Shown here: positions 17,784 to 27,284 of the stretch, piece after piece | Numbering within the stretch: position 1 is the first letter of the stretch | Layout of the letters: every line of letters starts with the position of its first letter | From: a virus | Lineage: Duplodnaviria; Caudoviricetes | Reading direction: 5' to 3' (one strand) | Length of the DNA: 55,390 nt | Virus record (IMG/VR): IMGVR_UViG_3300044984_002141 | Location: 1 to 55,390 of that record | Position numbers and translations under genes: made by a program | Notes under the pieces: generated by a model | What the model was told of the DNA's origin: nothing | The model's database searches: none | The model's input: the letters and a program-made list of their open reading frames with translations, nothing else

Positions 17784-18365
17784 ATGGCAAAAAAACATGC
17801 AGATATTGATATTGATGTTCAGAGTACGTTTGACCCATCCAACTTATTTGATATAGTTCATGCATCTCGAGTGCAGGATGGTAAATTATTAAAGCATCCA
17901 GTCGGTGTATATTTTCAAAGAATACCAGTTGATCCAGTTACCGGTTATGCGGCAATACCATACGATGCTACTAACGAGTATGATTATTTTAAAATTGATA
18001 TGTTACATTTGCACATATTAAACTTATTTGATAGTAAGCAACAGATCAGAGCATTATTAAGACAAGCACCAGACTGGGATATGTTACAATCAGAAGCTAA
18101 TGTTAGTAAGTTATTTCAGTTAAGTAAGCATTTCGCTGTAGTAAATAAGATGAAGCCGAGAAGTATATTAGATATTGCGGATTGTATTGCTATTATAAGA
18201 CCAGGTAAGCGTATTTTATTAGATAAATACGTATTCGACCGAGCTGCTGCTCGAGTGTTATTATATCAAAAACACAGTGATTCTGATTATAAGCGATCCC
18301 ATGCGGTTGCATATGCACATATTGTTGTATTGCAGATGCATTTAATTTCTGCTGGTATAATTTAA
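17784..18365 (+). CDS. Miniature DNA polymerase III alpha (family C) palm-like protein
   Basis: ADIDIDV, KHPVGV, YFKIDML, IIRPG, YKRSHAVAYA in DnaE order within 193 aa; SD GGAG. Confidence 0.75.
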   Translation: MAKKHADIDIDVQSTFDPSNLFDIVHASRVQDGKLLKHPVGVYFQRIPVDPVTGYAAIPYDATNEYDYFKIDMLHLHILNLFDSKQQIRALLRQAPDWDMLQSEANVSKLFQLSKHFAVVNKMKPRSILDIADCIAIIRPGKRILLDKYVFDRAAARVLLYQKHSDSDYKRSHAVAYAHIVVLQMHLISAGII

Positions 18366-18388
18366 ATTTAAAATAAGCAAGGTGAAGT

Positions 18389-18742
18389 ATGTTACATGAA
18401 TCAGTAAAGCATATACTACATGATATAGAATTAACAAATTCTCAAAAAAAGGTATTGGCACGAGCAGTGCAATCAGGTGCTATTGAAGAGCCAAGTCGAG
18501 TCTCATTAAACGATGAGAAATTAATAGCTGCTAGAGATTTACTAGACGAGTTAGGTATTATTGATTATTCTCACACCAACAACACCATTCATATTAACGA
18601 TAGCGGTATAACGTTAATGCAGGAAGAAGGTATTGTAGGTGATGATGAATCACTAACTCCAGAAGGTGAGCAATTATTATCAGATGAGCCGGTAGCGCCT
18701 ACCACAGAGCAGTTAAAATTTAGTGAGTTTTTATTAATTTAA
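18389..18742 (+). CDS. Hypothetical acidic protein
   Basis: 117-aa ORF with SD AAGGTG; no family recognised. Confidence 0.65.
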   Translation: MLHESVKHILHDIELTNSQKKVLARAVQSGAIEEPSRVSLNDEKLIAARDLLDELGIIDYSHTNNTIHINDSGITLMQEEGIVGDDESLTPEGEQLLSDEPVAPTTEQLKFSEFLLI

Positions 18743-19115
18743 TTTGATGTCTTGCAATTGAGGTTGGTTTATTATTAAACATCAGCATTGGACCCTCAAT
18801 TGTATGAATTTTACTAATATGAAAAGTTTTAAACAGTGGAGACATATACTGTTTAATTTTCATTTTTTCAAATAGGAACGATACTGGCATATTACAACCA
18901 TCATCGTACCAATCTTGAATTTCATGTAAATTAATATCAGTTAGCGTGTGTGCGTTATAGAAGTCAAATGTATAACAGCTAATCCATTTATTATAGACAT
19001 TATCTATAATACATCGATGTGACACATCTGTTTTTAGGTTTAACTTTGTAATAAACGGGTACGCTGGATCAATTGAATCTTCCGCGTGTTCAACGAGGTC
19101 CATTTTTATTTTCAT
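18720..19115 (-). CDS. Hypothetical protein
   Basis: 131-aa ORF filling the gap between plus-strand genes. Confidence 0.65.
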   Translation of the reverse strand: MKIKMDLVEHAEDSIDPAYPFITKLNLKTDVSHRCIIDNVYNKWISCYTFDFYNAHTLTDINLHEIQDWYDDGCNMPVSFLFEKMKIKQYMSPLFKTFHISKIHTIEGPMLMFNNKPTSIARHQIKLIKTH

Positions 19116-19139
19116 GTTTTCCCTTAATAGGTTACAGTT

Positions 19140-19637
19140 ATGCGTAAATTTAGTGATTATTTATACGAACAAAAGTTCAAGTTAATTGATTTTAATGATA
19201 AAAATGAAGAGGCTGAGGAAAAAGTGCAGCCTGATGAAGATCAGGATAAATTAACGGATAAAGATGATACGGATGATAAAGAGAAAGATGATCGTCCGCG
19301 TCATAACCGTGAGCGTGATAAAGAGCATAAACATAACAAGCATCACGAAGAACATAAGAAAGAAAAAAAAGAAGATCCTGATAGACAGGGTGTTATTCGA
19401 ACAATTAAGAACGCACACTTAGTGTATAAGCGATCAGATTCGGATGGAACATTTTCCGAATTATGGATGTATGATATCAGTAAGGGATCAAAAGACGAAT
19501 TTGATATTCGTAATGCGATATTAGACGGTACAGATATTGATCAAAAAACAGGATCATCTGACGATAATAAGCAAAAATACACGTTATGGACAAATAATAC
19601 AAGACAAATGATGCATATTACTGGATTAGCCAATTGA
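19140..19637 (+). CDS. Hypothetical protein, possibly head-associated
   Basis: MRKFSDYLYE leader, highly charged linker, globular C-domain. Confidence 0.65.
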   Translation: MRKFSDYLYEQKFKLIDFNDKNEEAEEKVQPDEDQDKLTDKDDTDDKEKDDRPRHNRERDKEHKHNKHHEEHKKEKKEDPDRQGVIRTIKNAHLVYKRSDSDGTFSELWMYDISKGSKDEFDIRNAILDGTDIDQKTGSSDDNKQKYTLWTNNTRQMMHITGLAN

Positions 19638-19650
19638 TATACATTATAAT
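19622..19650 (+). promoter_or_regulatory. Sigma70-like promoter for folE
   Basis: TGGATT-17 nt-TATAAT. Confidence 0.5.
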
Positions 19651-19681
19651 TATATTTTTTAATTAGTTAGGTGGATTTACT

Positions 19682-20353
19682 ATGAAATGCGATGAACAAT
19701 TAGGACTTAAAGTGCGTGAGCACTTAATCTCAAAAGGTATTGAAACACCTATGATAACTCCAGTGCTTACAGAGCAGGAGCAAATTGAAAAAATTGAAGA
19801 TCATATGCGTTCAATATTAACTGCGTTAAACTTGGATCTAACTGATGATAGTTTACAAGAAACACCGCATCGAGTTGCAAAAATGTATGTGCGTGAGATT
19901 TTTTCAGGTTTAGATTACAAGAATTTTCCAAAATGTACAGTAATTGAAAACAAAATGAGCTGTGCAGATGAATTTGTATTAGTTAAGAATATTACCCTGC
20001 AATCATCATGCGAGCATCACTTATTACCAATCTTAAATTTGAAAGGCGGTGGTTGTCATGTTGCTTATATTCCAAAAGACAAAGTAATCGGGCTAAGTAA
20101 GTTAAATCGGGTAGTTAAGTTTTTTGCAAGACGTCCACAAGTGCAAGAGCGCTTAACGCATCAGATTATGGAAGCATTGTGCTTTATTTTAGGTACTGAT
20201 GATGTTGCTGTTGAGATTAGTGCAGATCATATGTGTGTAATGACACGTGGGGTTGAAGATGCTACTAGTACAACAACGACCGCTGCTATGAACGGTCGTT
20301 TTAGAGATGACGCGGTAATTAGATCTGAGTTCTTCAGCTCAACTAAATCTTAG
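19682..20353 (+). CDS. folE: GTP cyclohydrolase I
   Basis: [37 protein letters not shown]. Confidence 0.96.
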   Translation: MKCDEQLGLKVREHLISKGIETPMITPVLTEQEQIEKIEDHMRSILTALNLDLTDDSLQETPHRVAKMYVREIFSGLDYKNFPKCTVIENKMSCADEFVLVKNITLQSSCEHHLLPILNLKGGGCHVAYIPKDKVIGLSKLNRVVKFFARRPQVQERLTHQIMEALCFILGTDDVAVEISADHMCVMTRGVEDATSTTTTAAMNGRFRDDAVIRSEFFSSTKS

Positions 20354-20852
20354 TTTTTAGTTGTTGATAACGTTTTTTTAGTTTAACAACTGTAGCATGA
20401 AGTGAATCGGGATCTTCTTTATAAAGTTGCATTAAATGCTCTTTATATTGAGTTCCTGATTCGTTATGCTCTGACCGTAATTTACCTAAAATGCGAGTCA
20501 TTATTTTTTGAACTTCATCAAGATCATCCTGTGAACTATCATGAGATGAAGACATATATTTACGGATAGATGGTGTATCTGTAATTTTTTCAATTGATGG
20601 TTGTTTTTTACGTAATAAGCTAAGTGCAGCAAGAATAGCAAATCTATGTTTAGCTTGTCTATTCATTGTATCAAAATGTTTATTTTTGATATCGGTTGCT
20701 ATTTTAGTTAAAAAACAAACAGCAGTCTCACACGTAGCAGATGCGCTACTTTCTAAAATGAATAAGCAGTTATCGGTATACGCTAATACTTCTTCATTTA
20801 ACTCTTGCATCTCGAGATCGAGTGCTTCATTTAATTCTTTAATAAGATTCAT
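20343..20852 (-). CDS. Hypothetical protein, possibly head-associated
   Basis: MNLIKELNE leader; start overlaps the upstream stop. Confidence 0.6.
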   Translation of the reverse strand: MNLIKELNEALDLEMQELNEEVLAYTDNCLFILESSASATCETAVCFLTKIATDIKNKHFDTMNRQAKHRFAILAALSLLRKKQPSIEKITDTPSIRKYMSSSHDSSQDDLDEVQKIMTRILGKLRSEHNESGTQYKEHLMQLYKEDPDSLHATVVKLKKRYQQLKTKI

Positions 20853-21799
20853 TATATCTTTACCTTCTTTAATACTGAATACCGATCTTTAATTGATGGA
20901 TTTTGTGAATAATCTACAGCTAAGAACTTCCATATAGATGCAGGTACGTACTGTCTTGTTGCAGAGTCAAGAGATGTTAAATATATCGCTGCGTATGCAA
21001 GTTGTGTTTCATCAGATGTAGTTAAATAATCTAGTAACTGATTTAACGCATTTTTAATAATAGTATGACGGAAGTTAAGTATATCATAACCAGATAAGTG
21101 CGATGTATACTCGTGGTTATTCCCATCATCCAACTCTTTAATTTGCATTTTAATATCATTAATAATACCGGCTGGAACTTTAACCTTAGGGCTAGCTTCG
21201 TGTTCAGGCTCTTTTGGCTCATCAAGTACCGTTGGTAGTTTAGCTGCTTCAGTTACACGCTTACGTTTAACTTTTTTAACAACAACCTCTTCCTGCTCAT
21301 CTTTTTTATCTGATTGTTTTTCAGCAGGTTTTTGCGCTTCTTTATTATCTTCTTGCTCTTTTTGAGGCGCGTCTTTGTCTGATGTAATTGCAACAGGTGC
21401 ACTAACTACCATTTCAGGTGCTGTTTGAATCTGAACCGGAGCAGGTTGTTCAGGTTGTTTTTCCATGCAGCATTTAAAGTAGTTTGCAACACAATCATAA
21501 TCACCAATAACTAATGCTTTGATTTTATCATCTAATTCATCAAACAATTCACATGCTTTATCTTGTTGATTACTAATAACGAAACCTAATGTCTTATCTA
21601 AATGACTTATTAATTCGCTGTATATTTGCTTTACGTTGGGAGAGCTGTTGCGCTCATATTCATGATTATAATGTTCAATTGCGTTAACCAACGCATATTT
21701 TACATTAGAATAATTTTGCGGTATATCAGCAACAACAGTAACTACTGGCGTAATTTCAGCGTTAATACCGGCTAATCTTAAAATATCATTTGGTGACAT
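20852..21799 (-). CDS. Hypothetical protein with two helical domains and a charged linker
   Basis: 315 aa; ILRLAG N-terminus. Confidence 0.65.
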   Translation of the reverse strand: MSPNDILRLAGINAEITPVVTVVADIPQNYSNVKYALVNAIEHYNHEYERNSSPNVKQIYSELISHLDKTLGFVISNQQDKACELFDELDDKIKALVIGDYDCVANYFKCCMEKQPEQPAPVQIQTAPEMVVSAPVAITSDKDAPQKEQEDNKEAQKPAEKQSDKKDEQEEVVVKKVKRKRVTEAAKLPTVLDEPKEPEHEASPKVKVPAGIINDIKMQIKELDDGNNHEYTSHLSGYDILNFRHTIIKNALNQLLDYLTTSDETQLAYAAIYLTSLDSATRQYVPASIWKFLAVDYSQNPSIKDRYSVLKKVKI

Positions 21800-21828
21800 T
21801 GATATATCTCATAGTTAGTGTGCGTGTC

Positions 21829-21975
21829 CTAAGATTGCTTACGTTTTGCTTTTTTCTTTTTTGCTTTAACGTACATGTTGTGCCACACCGTTGCTTGGGT
21901 TACGCTATCCACAGGTATAATACCTCGGTGTTTTTCGGCATGATATTTTTCTAGTAATTCACGTAATAGTTTCAT
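21829..21975 (-). CDS. Small basic protein (48 aa), absent from the ORF track
   Basis: Translated by hand: MKLLRELLEKYHAEKHRGIIPVDSVTQATVWHNMYVKAKKKKAKRKQS; CATAAATA element upstream. Confidence 0.65.
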   Translation of the reverse strand: MKLLRELLEKYHAEKHRGIIPVDSVTQATVWHNMYVKAKKKKAKRKQS

Positions 21976-22006
21976 ATTGATTATCCCAAAAGTGTAGTGA
22001 ATGTGG

Positions 22007-22014
22007 TATTTATG
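22007..22014 (-). promoter_or_regulatory. Late promoter-like element (CATAAATA)
   Basis: Between a terminator and ATG 21975. Confidence 0.5.
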
Positions 22015-22040
22015 TCAACTGTAATGTTGTTTCTCAACAC

Positions 22041-22072
22041 AAAAAGAGAAGAACTATTAAATAGTTCTTCTC
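22041..22072 (-). terminator. Intrinsic terminator after the hydrolase gene
   Basis: GAGAAGAACTAT/ATAGTTCTTCTC 12-bp stem with a 5-U tract on the minus strand. Confidence 0.75.
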
Positions 22073-22128
22073 CCTGGAAAACGCGGTACAGCTAAATGAT
22101 ATTACATATTTGAGTTTATGTTAGTGCG

Positions 22129-22656
22129 TCATACATTCACTGCCTTCGCAGCTCGATAAAACACCATATTGTCTAATTTAATGGTTCTTATCACTCTACG
22201 AAATGGACTCCGCTTTAAAGAGTCATCATGGAAGAATGTAGCGCCGTTAGTTACATCTTTAATTCGTTCATTCATAACTGCTTCAGCTAGTTGATACATC
22301 TTTCTATAAGATGCAGAACCTTTATGTAATGATGCCCATCGTAATTTACGGTGGCTAAACTGCGATTTTTCATTAACTATACTGCAGTATGATTTGTGTC
22401 TTTGCTTAGAGCGGTTGTGTATTGTATATAACACTCCAGTCTTAGCACCATCCGTTTGATTTTCGGCTTCAGCAATTGCTGTCCGCACCATACAATTTAT
22501 TTGAGGATTTACATATCCTAATAAAGGTGTGGTAGGAGCAATTGCACTTGCTAATATCACCGGTGGATGTGCATCAAAAACATTTGCTGGTAGTTTAATA
22601 TTAGCACCAGCTGGTGCACACAATAACGAACTTAAAAATAATAATTTTTTTACCAT
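22129..22656 (-). CDS. SleB/CwlJ-type cell wall hydrolase with a signal-peptide-like N-terminus
   Basis: CMVRTAIAEAE, IHNR, SQFS, DVTNGATFFH, DNMVFYR; SD AAGGAG. Confidence 0.88.
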   Translation of the reverse strand: MVKKLLFLSSLLCAPAGANIKLPANVFDAHPPVILASAIAPTTPLLGYVNPQINCMVRTAIAEAENQTDGAKTGVLYTIHNRSKQRHKSYCSIVNEKSQFSHRKLRWASLHKGSASYRKMYQLAEAVMNERIKDVTNGATFFHDDSLKRSPFRRVIRTIKLDNMVFYRAAKAVNV

Positions 22657-22899
22657 ATTATATCTCCTTGCTGATAAGATCCATTAACATCAGGATAATA
22701 CCATGAGGTGGATAGCGTTTTTGGTACTATGGGAATCCCACCCATAGGGATTTAATAAAACACTATACATTAAACGTAATGCTTGATTTTTAACAATAAA
22801 TCAAGCGGTGATTCGTTTTCCGTTTGCTGAGTTTTACAAATAAATCAGTAATATCATTTTTAAACATCTACGTATTTATCGTAAGCAACGTAGGGTTGT

Positions 22900-23709
22900 T
22901 TAACGGTTTTTTGCGTCTGACCAAATATATGTATGGTTTCTAGTCGCAATCTTATATCCTTTTGCCTGGTATTTTTCAACAATTGGTGCAATCTGTAATT
23001 GATCATCACGTGTTGTACCTAATGGCATAATCCAGTACTCGAATGGAACGGTCACACTTGTACGTTTAGCATTGAGCACTGAAACTACTAAGTCTAACTC
23101 TTCTTCACACTCTGCAGTATCACTACATACAAATTTTAATTGACCAGGATAATCTGTTAATATATGGATGATATTATCATAGTCAACAGCATCAATCTCA
23201 CCACTAACTGCAAGTAATTTTGGACTTATTGAAAAGAATATTTCAAAATATGGGGATCTCTCATACTGATCTTCGAGAGCCATTATAAATTCCGGTATTA
23301 ACGCTTGGGTACCGTTAGTTTCAATTGTAATGAATATAGGTGTATTGTTTACGTTGCGCTCATTGAGGACCCCTAAGATCTCCATAAGCATTTTTTGATA
23401 TTTAACCAGTAATGGCTCACCACCAGTTAATACAAAATGAATATCGTTTTTAGTAATTGGATGTCTAAAAAGTCCATCAGGATTGCTTGTCGTTTTTAAC
23501 ATTTCAATCCAATTATCTACTATTTCAACAGCAGTATACGTATTTGAACCATCTTTAAATGCTGGATTCCAGCTATATTCCGTATCACAAGGAAATCCAG
23601 GACACTTTAGATTACATCCAAATACTCTGGCCCATAAGGATGGCTGACCTGCATATGAACCTTCACCTTGAATAGAAAAGAACTGCTCTGATAACCTATA
23701 CTTATTCAT
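22900..23709 (-). CDS. queE: 7-carboxy-7-deazaguanine synthase (radical SAM)
   Basis: EQFFSIQGEG, GCNLKCPGFPCDT, LTGGEPL, IETNGT, SISPK. Confidence 0.92.
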   Translation of the reverse strand: MNKYRLSEQFFSIQGEGSYAGQPSLWARVFGCNLKCPGFPCDTEYSWNPAFKDGSNTYTAVEIVDNWIEMLKTTSNPDGLFRHPITKNDIHFVLTGGEPLLVKYQKMLMEILGVLNERNVNNTPIFITIETNGTQALIPEFIMALEDQYERSPYFEIFFSISPKLLAVSGEIDAVDYDNIIHILTDYPGQLKFVCSDTAECEEELDLVVSVLNAKRTSVTVPFEYWIMPLGTTRDDQLQIAPIVEKYQAKGYKIATRNHTYIWSDAKNR

Positions 23710-23734
23710 ATATTACTCCTATGTGTAAAATTGT

Positions 23735-23763
23735 ATTATAATATAGATTACAATAAAAGTCAA
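23735..23763 (-). promoter_or_regulatory. Sigma70-type promoter for queE
   Basis: TTGACT-17 nt-TATAAT on the minus strand. Confidence 0.75.
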
Positions 23764-24056
23764 ACATATGGACTATCATCACTATTCAGTTTCCAGCTAC
23801 CATCACGTATACCAGCATCCGTAGCTTTTTGTAGCTGTTTTACAGCATATATCACAATATCATTATACTGCTTATATGACGGATCTTTAAAATCTTTAGG
23901 TACTTGAGCACCAGATGCTTGATAGCATTGATTTACTAAATTAACCGCACCAGAAACTTTTTGTTGTGGATTTTTAATTTGTGTAAGTAGTAGCTTCTTG
24001 ATAGCTACAATAATGTCGTATGCAACGACATTTTCAAACAATTCGTATATTTTCAT
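23760..24056 (-). CDS. Hypothetical protein, possibly head-associated
   Basis: Start refined to ATG 24056 (MKIYELFE); ACTAAATA at 24083-24090 upstream. Confidence 0.65.
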   Translation of the reverse strand: MKIYELFENVVAYDIIVAIKKLLLTQIKNPQQKVSGAVNLVNQCYQASGAQVPKDFKDPSYKQYNDIVIYAVKQLQKATDAGIRDGSWKLNSDDSPYV

Positions 24057-24156
24057 AGTTTTTAATTGTTGTAAAATATAACTATTTAGTGGATTTATCC
24101 TTGAAGATAAGCCACAATACGTATTATGTCCAATCACATAAACAAGGTAATTAAAT

Positions 24157-24945
24157 ATGTTTTTAAATCCGCAACAGATAGTCGATCAAAAATTAGTATC
24201 AGGTACAATTCGCGTTGAACCAAATGCTATTGATTTTACATTAGATAGCTTACACCACTTTCAACAATCACTATTTTACTTCTCAAACAATAAGTCAAAT
24301 GTTATGCATCGAGCTAGATGTGAGGTACCGGTTGTTGATGTGTATGAGTATAATCGTACTAGCGGCTTAGGTGATAGAGGTCATCTACCAGGTGATGCAA
24401 GTGGTTGGCTATTAGATCCTGGTACAAGCTATGATGCAATGAGTAATGTGTATATTGAAGTACCTGAGAAGATGTCAGCAATGTTAGTTATTAGATCTAC
24501 TGCTAACCGTAATGGCGTCACTTTAACCTGTGGTTTGTATGATTCAGGATTTAAGGGTAATATTGGTTTTGCATTGCATGTTGCAAAAGATGTTGGTTCT
24601 ACCTTTATCGAACAGGGTACTTATATTGGTCAAGTAATCTTTGTTGCATCTGAAAGTGCCGGTACGTACTCAGGTGGTTATAACACTAAAAAAGGTGAAC
24701 ATTGGGTCGATGCGATAAACACACCAAAGCTCGCACTAAAAAATGATGCTAATAGTATTGTAGTGGTATCTGATGAATCAATCGATATGTATCCACCGGT
24801 TGATATTGTCGATATTAGAGGTGATGATGAGTCGACTATTTCAGGTGGTATAAGTGAGCTAGATGTATTAGTTGAATCGCCTGTTGAAGCGGTAGCTGCT
24901 ACAACTAAAGCACCTAAAGCTACAAAGACTACAAAAGCTAAATAA
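24157..24945 (+). CDS. dCTP deaminase/trimeric dUTPase-family protein
   Basis: NAIDFTL, IRSTANRNG, GLYDSGFKG, IGQVIF; acidic then Lys-rich tail. Confidence 0.8.
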   Translation: MFLNPQQIVDQKLVSGTIRVEPNAIDFTLDSLHHFQQSLFYFSNNKSNVMHRARCEVPVVDVYEYNRTSGLGDRGHLPGDASGWLLDPGTSYDAMSNVYIEVPEKMSAMLVIRSTANRNGVTLTCGLYDSGFKGNIGFALHVAKDVGSTFIEQGTYIGQVIFVASESAGTYSGGYNTKKGEHWVDAINTPKLALKNDANSIVVVSDESIDMYPPVDIVDIRGDDESTISGGISELDVLVESPVEAVAATTKAPKATKTTKAK

Positions 24946-24972
24946 TTAACCTTTAGTTATTTAATAATATAT

Positions 24973-25004
24973 AAAGCACAGATATACAATATCTGTGCTT
25001 TTTT
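24973..25004 (+). terminator. Intrinsic terminator
   Basis: AAAGCACAGATAT/ATATCTGTGCTTT stem running into a T tract. Confidence 0.8.
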
Positions 25005-25024
25005 ATTGTTTTATGGATTAATAC

Positions 25025-27229
25025 ATGTCGAAGAAGAAACCATCTGCAACGTTTGAAGAATTTAAATCTTTTATACAAAGTCTACATCTAAGAAATGACT
25101 CAGAGCTTAGAGATTATATTACCGCAAATAATCGCGGAGAGGTATTTTTTAATCGTTTAGGTATGCGTTGTCCTCTTTGCCCATTTAATGTTAGCTATTA
25201 TCTACTAAAGAGCACATACCCGGAATACAAAAACTTTAACGACCTAATGGGTATTCCACCAAAACCTAAACCGTACCCAGTTGAATATAAGACAGTTAAA
25301 CAAGCACGTAGATTTATATTAGATAACGTACCATTAAATACATTAGAAGATTGGGATGTTTATTGTGAATTAAGTCGAAATACGAGTAGTGATACTATTA
25401 TATTTAACGGATACACAGTTCCCAAGCGACCTGATTGGATACCTGAAGATATTGCAGGTACGTATGGTCCTGTGGCAATACAATACAGTATTAGTTGGTT
25501 TTTCAATATACAACCACCTGAACCTGTACCTCATTCAAAATACGCACCATACGAGCAGGCTAGAGCATTTGTACATACATTAGGGCTTGCGACGACCAAT
25601 CACTGGTTACGGTATGTTAAGGCTACTAATAGTGGTAAAAAATATAAATTTGTAGATGGTACAATATTACCACCTAGACCATCATGGGTACCCGGATTAC
25701 CAGAAAGTGTGTATATTACATACGGTGGTTGGGTATCATGGAAAGATTTTCTAGGTGATGCTGAATATCAAAAAGTAATGCCGTTTGAAGAGGCTCGTGC
25801 GTTTGTACAGTCACTGCACTTATCGTCATATAAAGAATATCGTGCATATTACTTACATTCTAAGAAGATTGGGGTATTTCGTAATCAATTTGATGAGGTA
25901 TGTGAACTCCCACCATATAATTTACCACCATTACCGCATGAAGTGTATAAGAAATTAGGTGTATGGACTGATTATGCGGATTTTATTGGTAAAGCTAACA
26001 ATAAGATTAACTATATGGATTACGAGACTGCAAAACAGTTTGTAGTTCCACTAGAGCTGTCCACACCATCTGAGTGGCAGATGTATATTGAGATTTCAAC
26101 ACAATATGGTACGTATGTAAATGCAAGTGGAGCTGAATTACCAGCACCACCCATGAATTTACACAAATACCCAATGTTTTATTATAAATGTCGTAAGGAA
26201 TGGAGGGGTTGGACTGATTTTTTACGTGGAGATAGTATATTATCATGTAATCGTAATGCAAATACTCGATCACTAATAAAACGCACATATTGGACTTATG
26301 AGCAAGCTAGATCATATGTACAAGAACTTAGACTAACTAGTGTTAAAGAATACGTTGCTTATATTAATTGTGATCCGCACCTACCATTCTACAATAAACA
26401 TATGATGCGTTGTACTCCAAGGCCTGATATGTTACCTAAAAATACATCAAATTATTATATGTCTCAATTTACATGGGTAAATTGGATTGATTTTTTGGGG
26501 TTAACTGAAAAGCAAGGGGTACCATACGAGGATTGTAAGTTTTATGCAAATAAGTATAATATTAAAAAACAAACGCATTGGGCTCGAGTAGTAAAAGCAA
26601 ATAATTTACCTGTACCGATAGATGTTGAAGGCTATTATAGGGTACGTGGGTTGTGGGTGAGCTGGAATGATCTATTTGATATTATTGAATATGATATATT
26701 ACCATACGATGAAGCAAAAACATATATCACATCATTAAACTTAACATCAGTCGCAGGGTACGCTAAATGGTGGCAAGCAAATAAACCGGTATTTTTACCA
26801 CCATTATTAACATATTATAAGAAATATGATGAATACAACTCATCTGATATGTTAGGATTAACGTTAACTGCTAAATTTGATAATATACGTAACGATATTA
26901 GTGTTTTTTACATATCGCGATACTCAGATGATCCTACTAATATAATATCAATATCTGTTGATAGTTATGGTAAAGCTAATGCGCTGCAAGCGGTAAATCG
27001 AAAACATCAAACAGTCATAGCTATGTTTGATTTGTTTGGGCGTGTAGATGAATTGCGTAGAATTTCAAACATGTACTGTGATCCATATTCGGGTGGAGAA
27101 AGTAATCAATATGTAACTACTAATTTAAATCAATTGCTGTTTGCATTGAGACATGAGTTTCATGAGACGCAAATATATAAAAGCGTCACTATCGATAGAG
27201 TAAATGCTGATTCACTACAGTACATTTAG
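25025..27229 (+). CDS. Repeat-array protein (about 8 integrase-repeat-like helical units)
   Basis: Recurrent [YF]ExA+xFVxxLxL...P..P...Y...WxxWxDFLG units. Confidence 0.7.
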   Translation: MSKKKPSATFEEFKSFIQSLHLRNDSELRDYITANNRGEVFFNRLGMRCPLCPFNVSYYLLKSTYPEYKNFNDLMGIPPKPKPYPVEYKTVKQARRFILDNVPLNTLEDWDVYCELSRNTSSDTIIFNGYTVPKRPDWIPEDIAGTYGPVAIQYSISWFFNIQPPEPVPHSKYAPYEQARAFVHTLGLATTNHWLRYVKATNSGKKYKFVDGTILPPRPSWVPGLPESVYITYGGWVSWKDFLGDAEYQKVMPFEEARAFVQSLHLSSYKEYRAYYLHSKKIGVFRNQFDEVCELPPYNLPPLPHEVYKKLGVWTDYADFIGKANNKINYMDYETAKQFVVPLELSTPSEWQMYIEISTQYGTYVNASGAELPAPPMNLHKYPMFYYKCRKEWRGWTDFLRGDSILSCNRNANTRSLIKRTYWTYEQARSYVQELRLTSVKEYVAYINCDPHLPFYNKHMMRCTPRPDMLPKNTSNYYMSQFTWVNWIDFLGLTEKQGVPYEDCKFYANKYNIKKQTHWARVVKANNLPVPIDVEGYYRVRGLWVSWNDLFDIIEYDILPYDEAKTYITSLNLTSVAGYAKWWQANKPVFLPPLLTYYKKYDEYNSSDMLGLTLTAKFDNIRNDISVFYISRYSDDPTNIISISVDSYGKANALQAVNRKHQTVIAMFDLFGRVDELRRISNMYCDPYSGGESNQYVTTNLNQLLFALRHEFHETQIYKSVTIDRVNADSLQYI

Positions 27230-27234
27230 CATTT

Positions 27235-27242
27235 GATAAATA
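27235..27242 (+). promoter_or_regulatory. Late promoter-like element (GATAAATA)
   Basis: Intergenic, upstream of the giant structural gene. Confidence 0.5.
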
Positions 27243-27284
27243 TGTAAATCGACCCTATTTTTGATTTTCCGAGATGAGCAATTA

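Noticed and set aside
22800-22840. Cyclic-dinucleotide riboswitch (GCAAAC..GAAA on the minus strand)
   Set aside because: The required paired elements could not be found; kept only as an unclassified structured leader.
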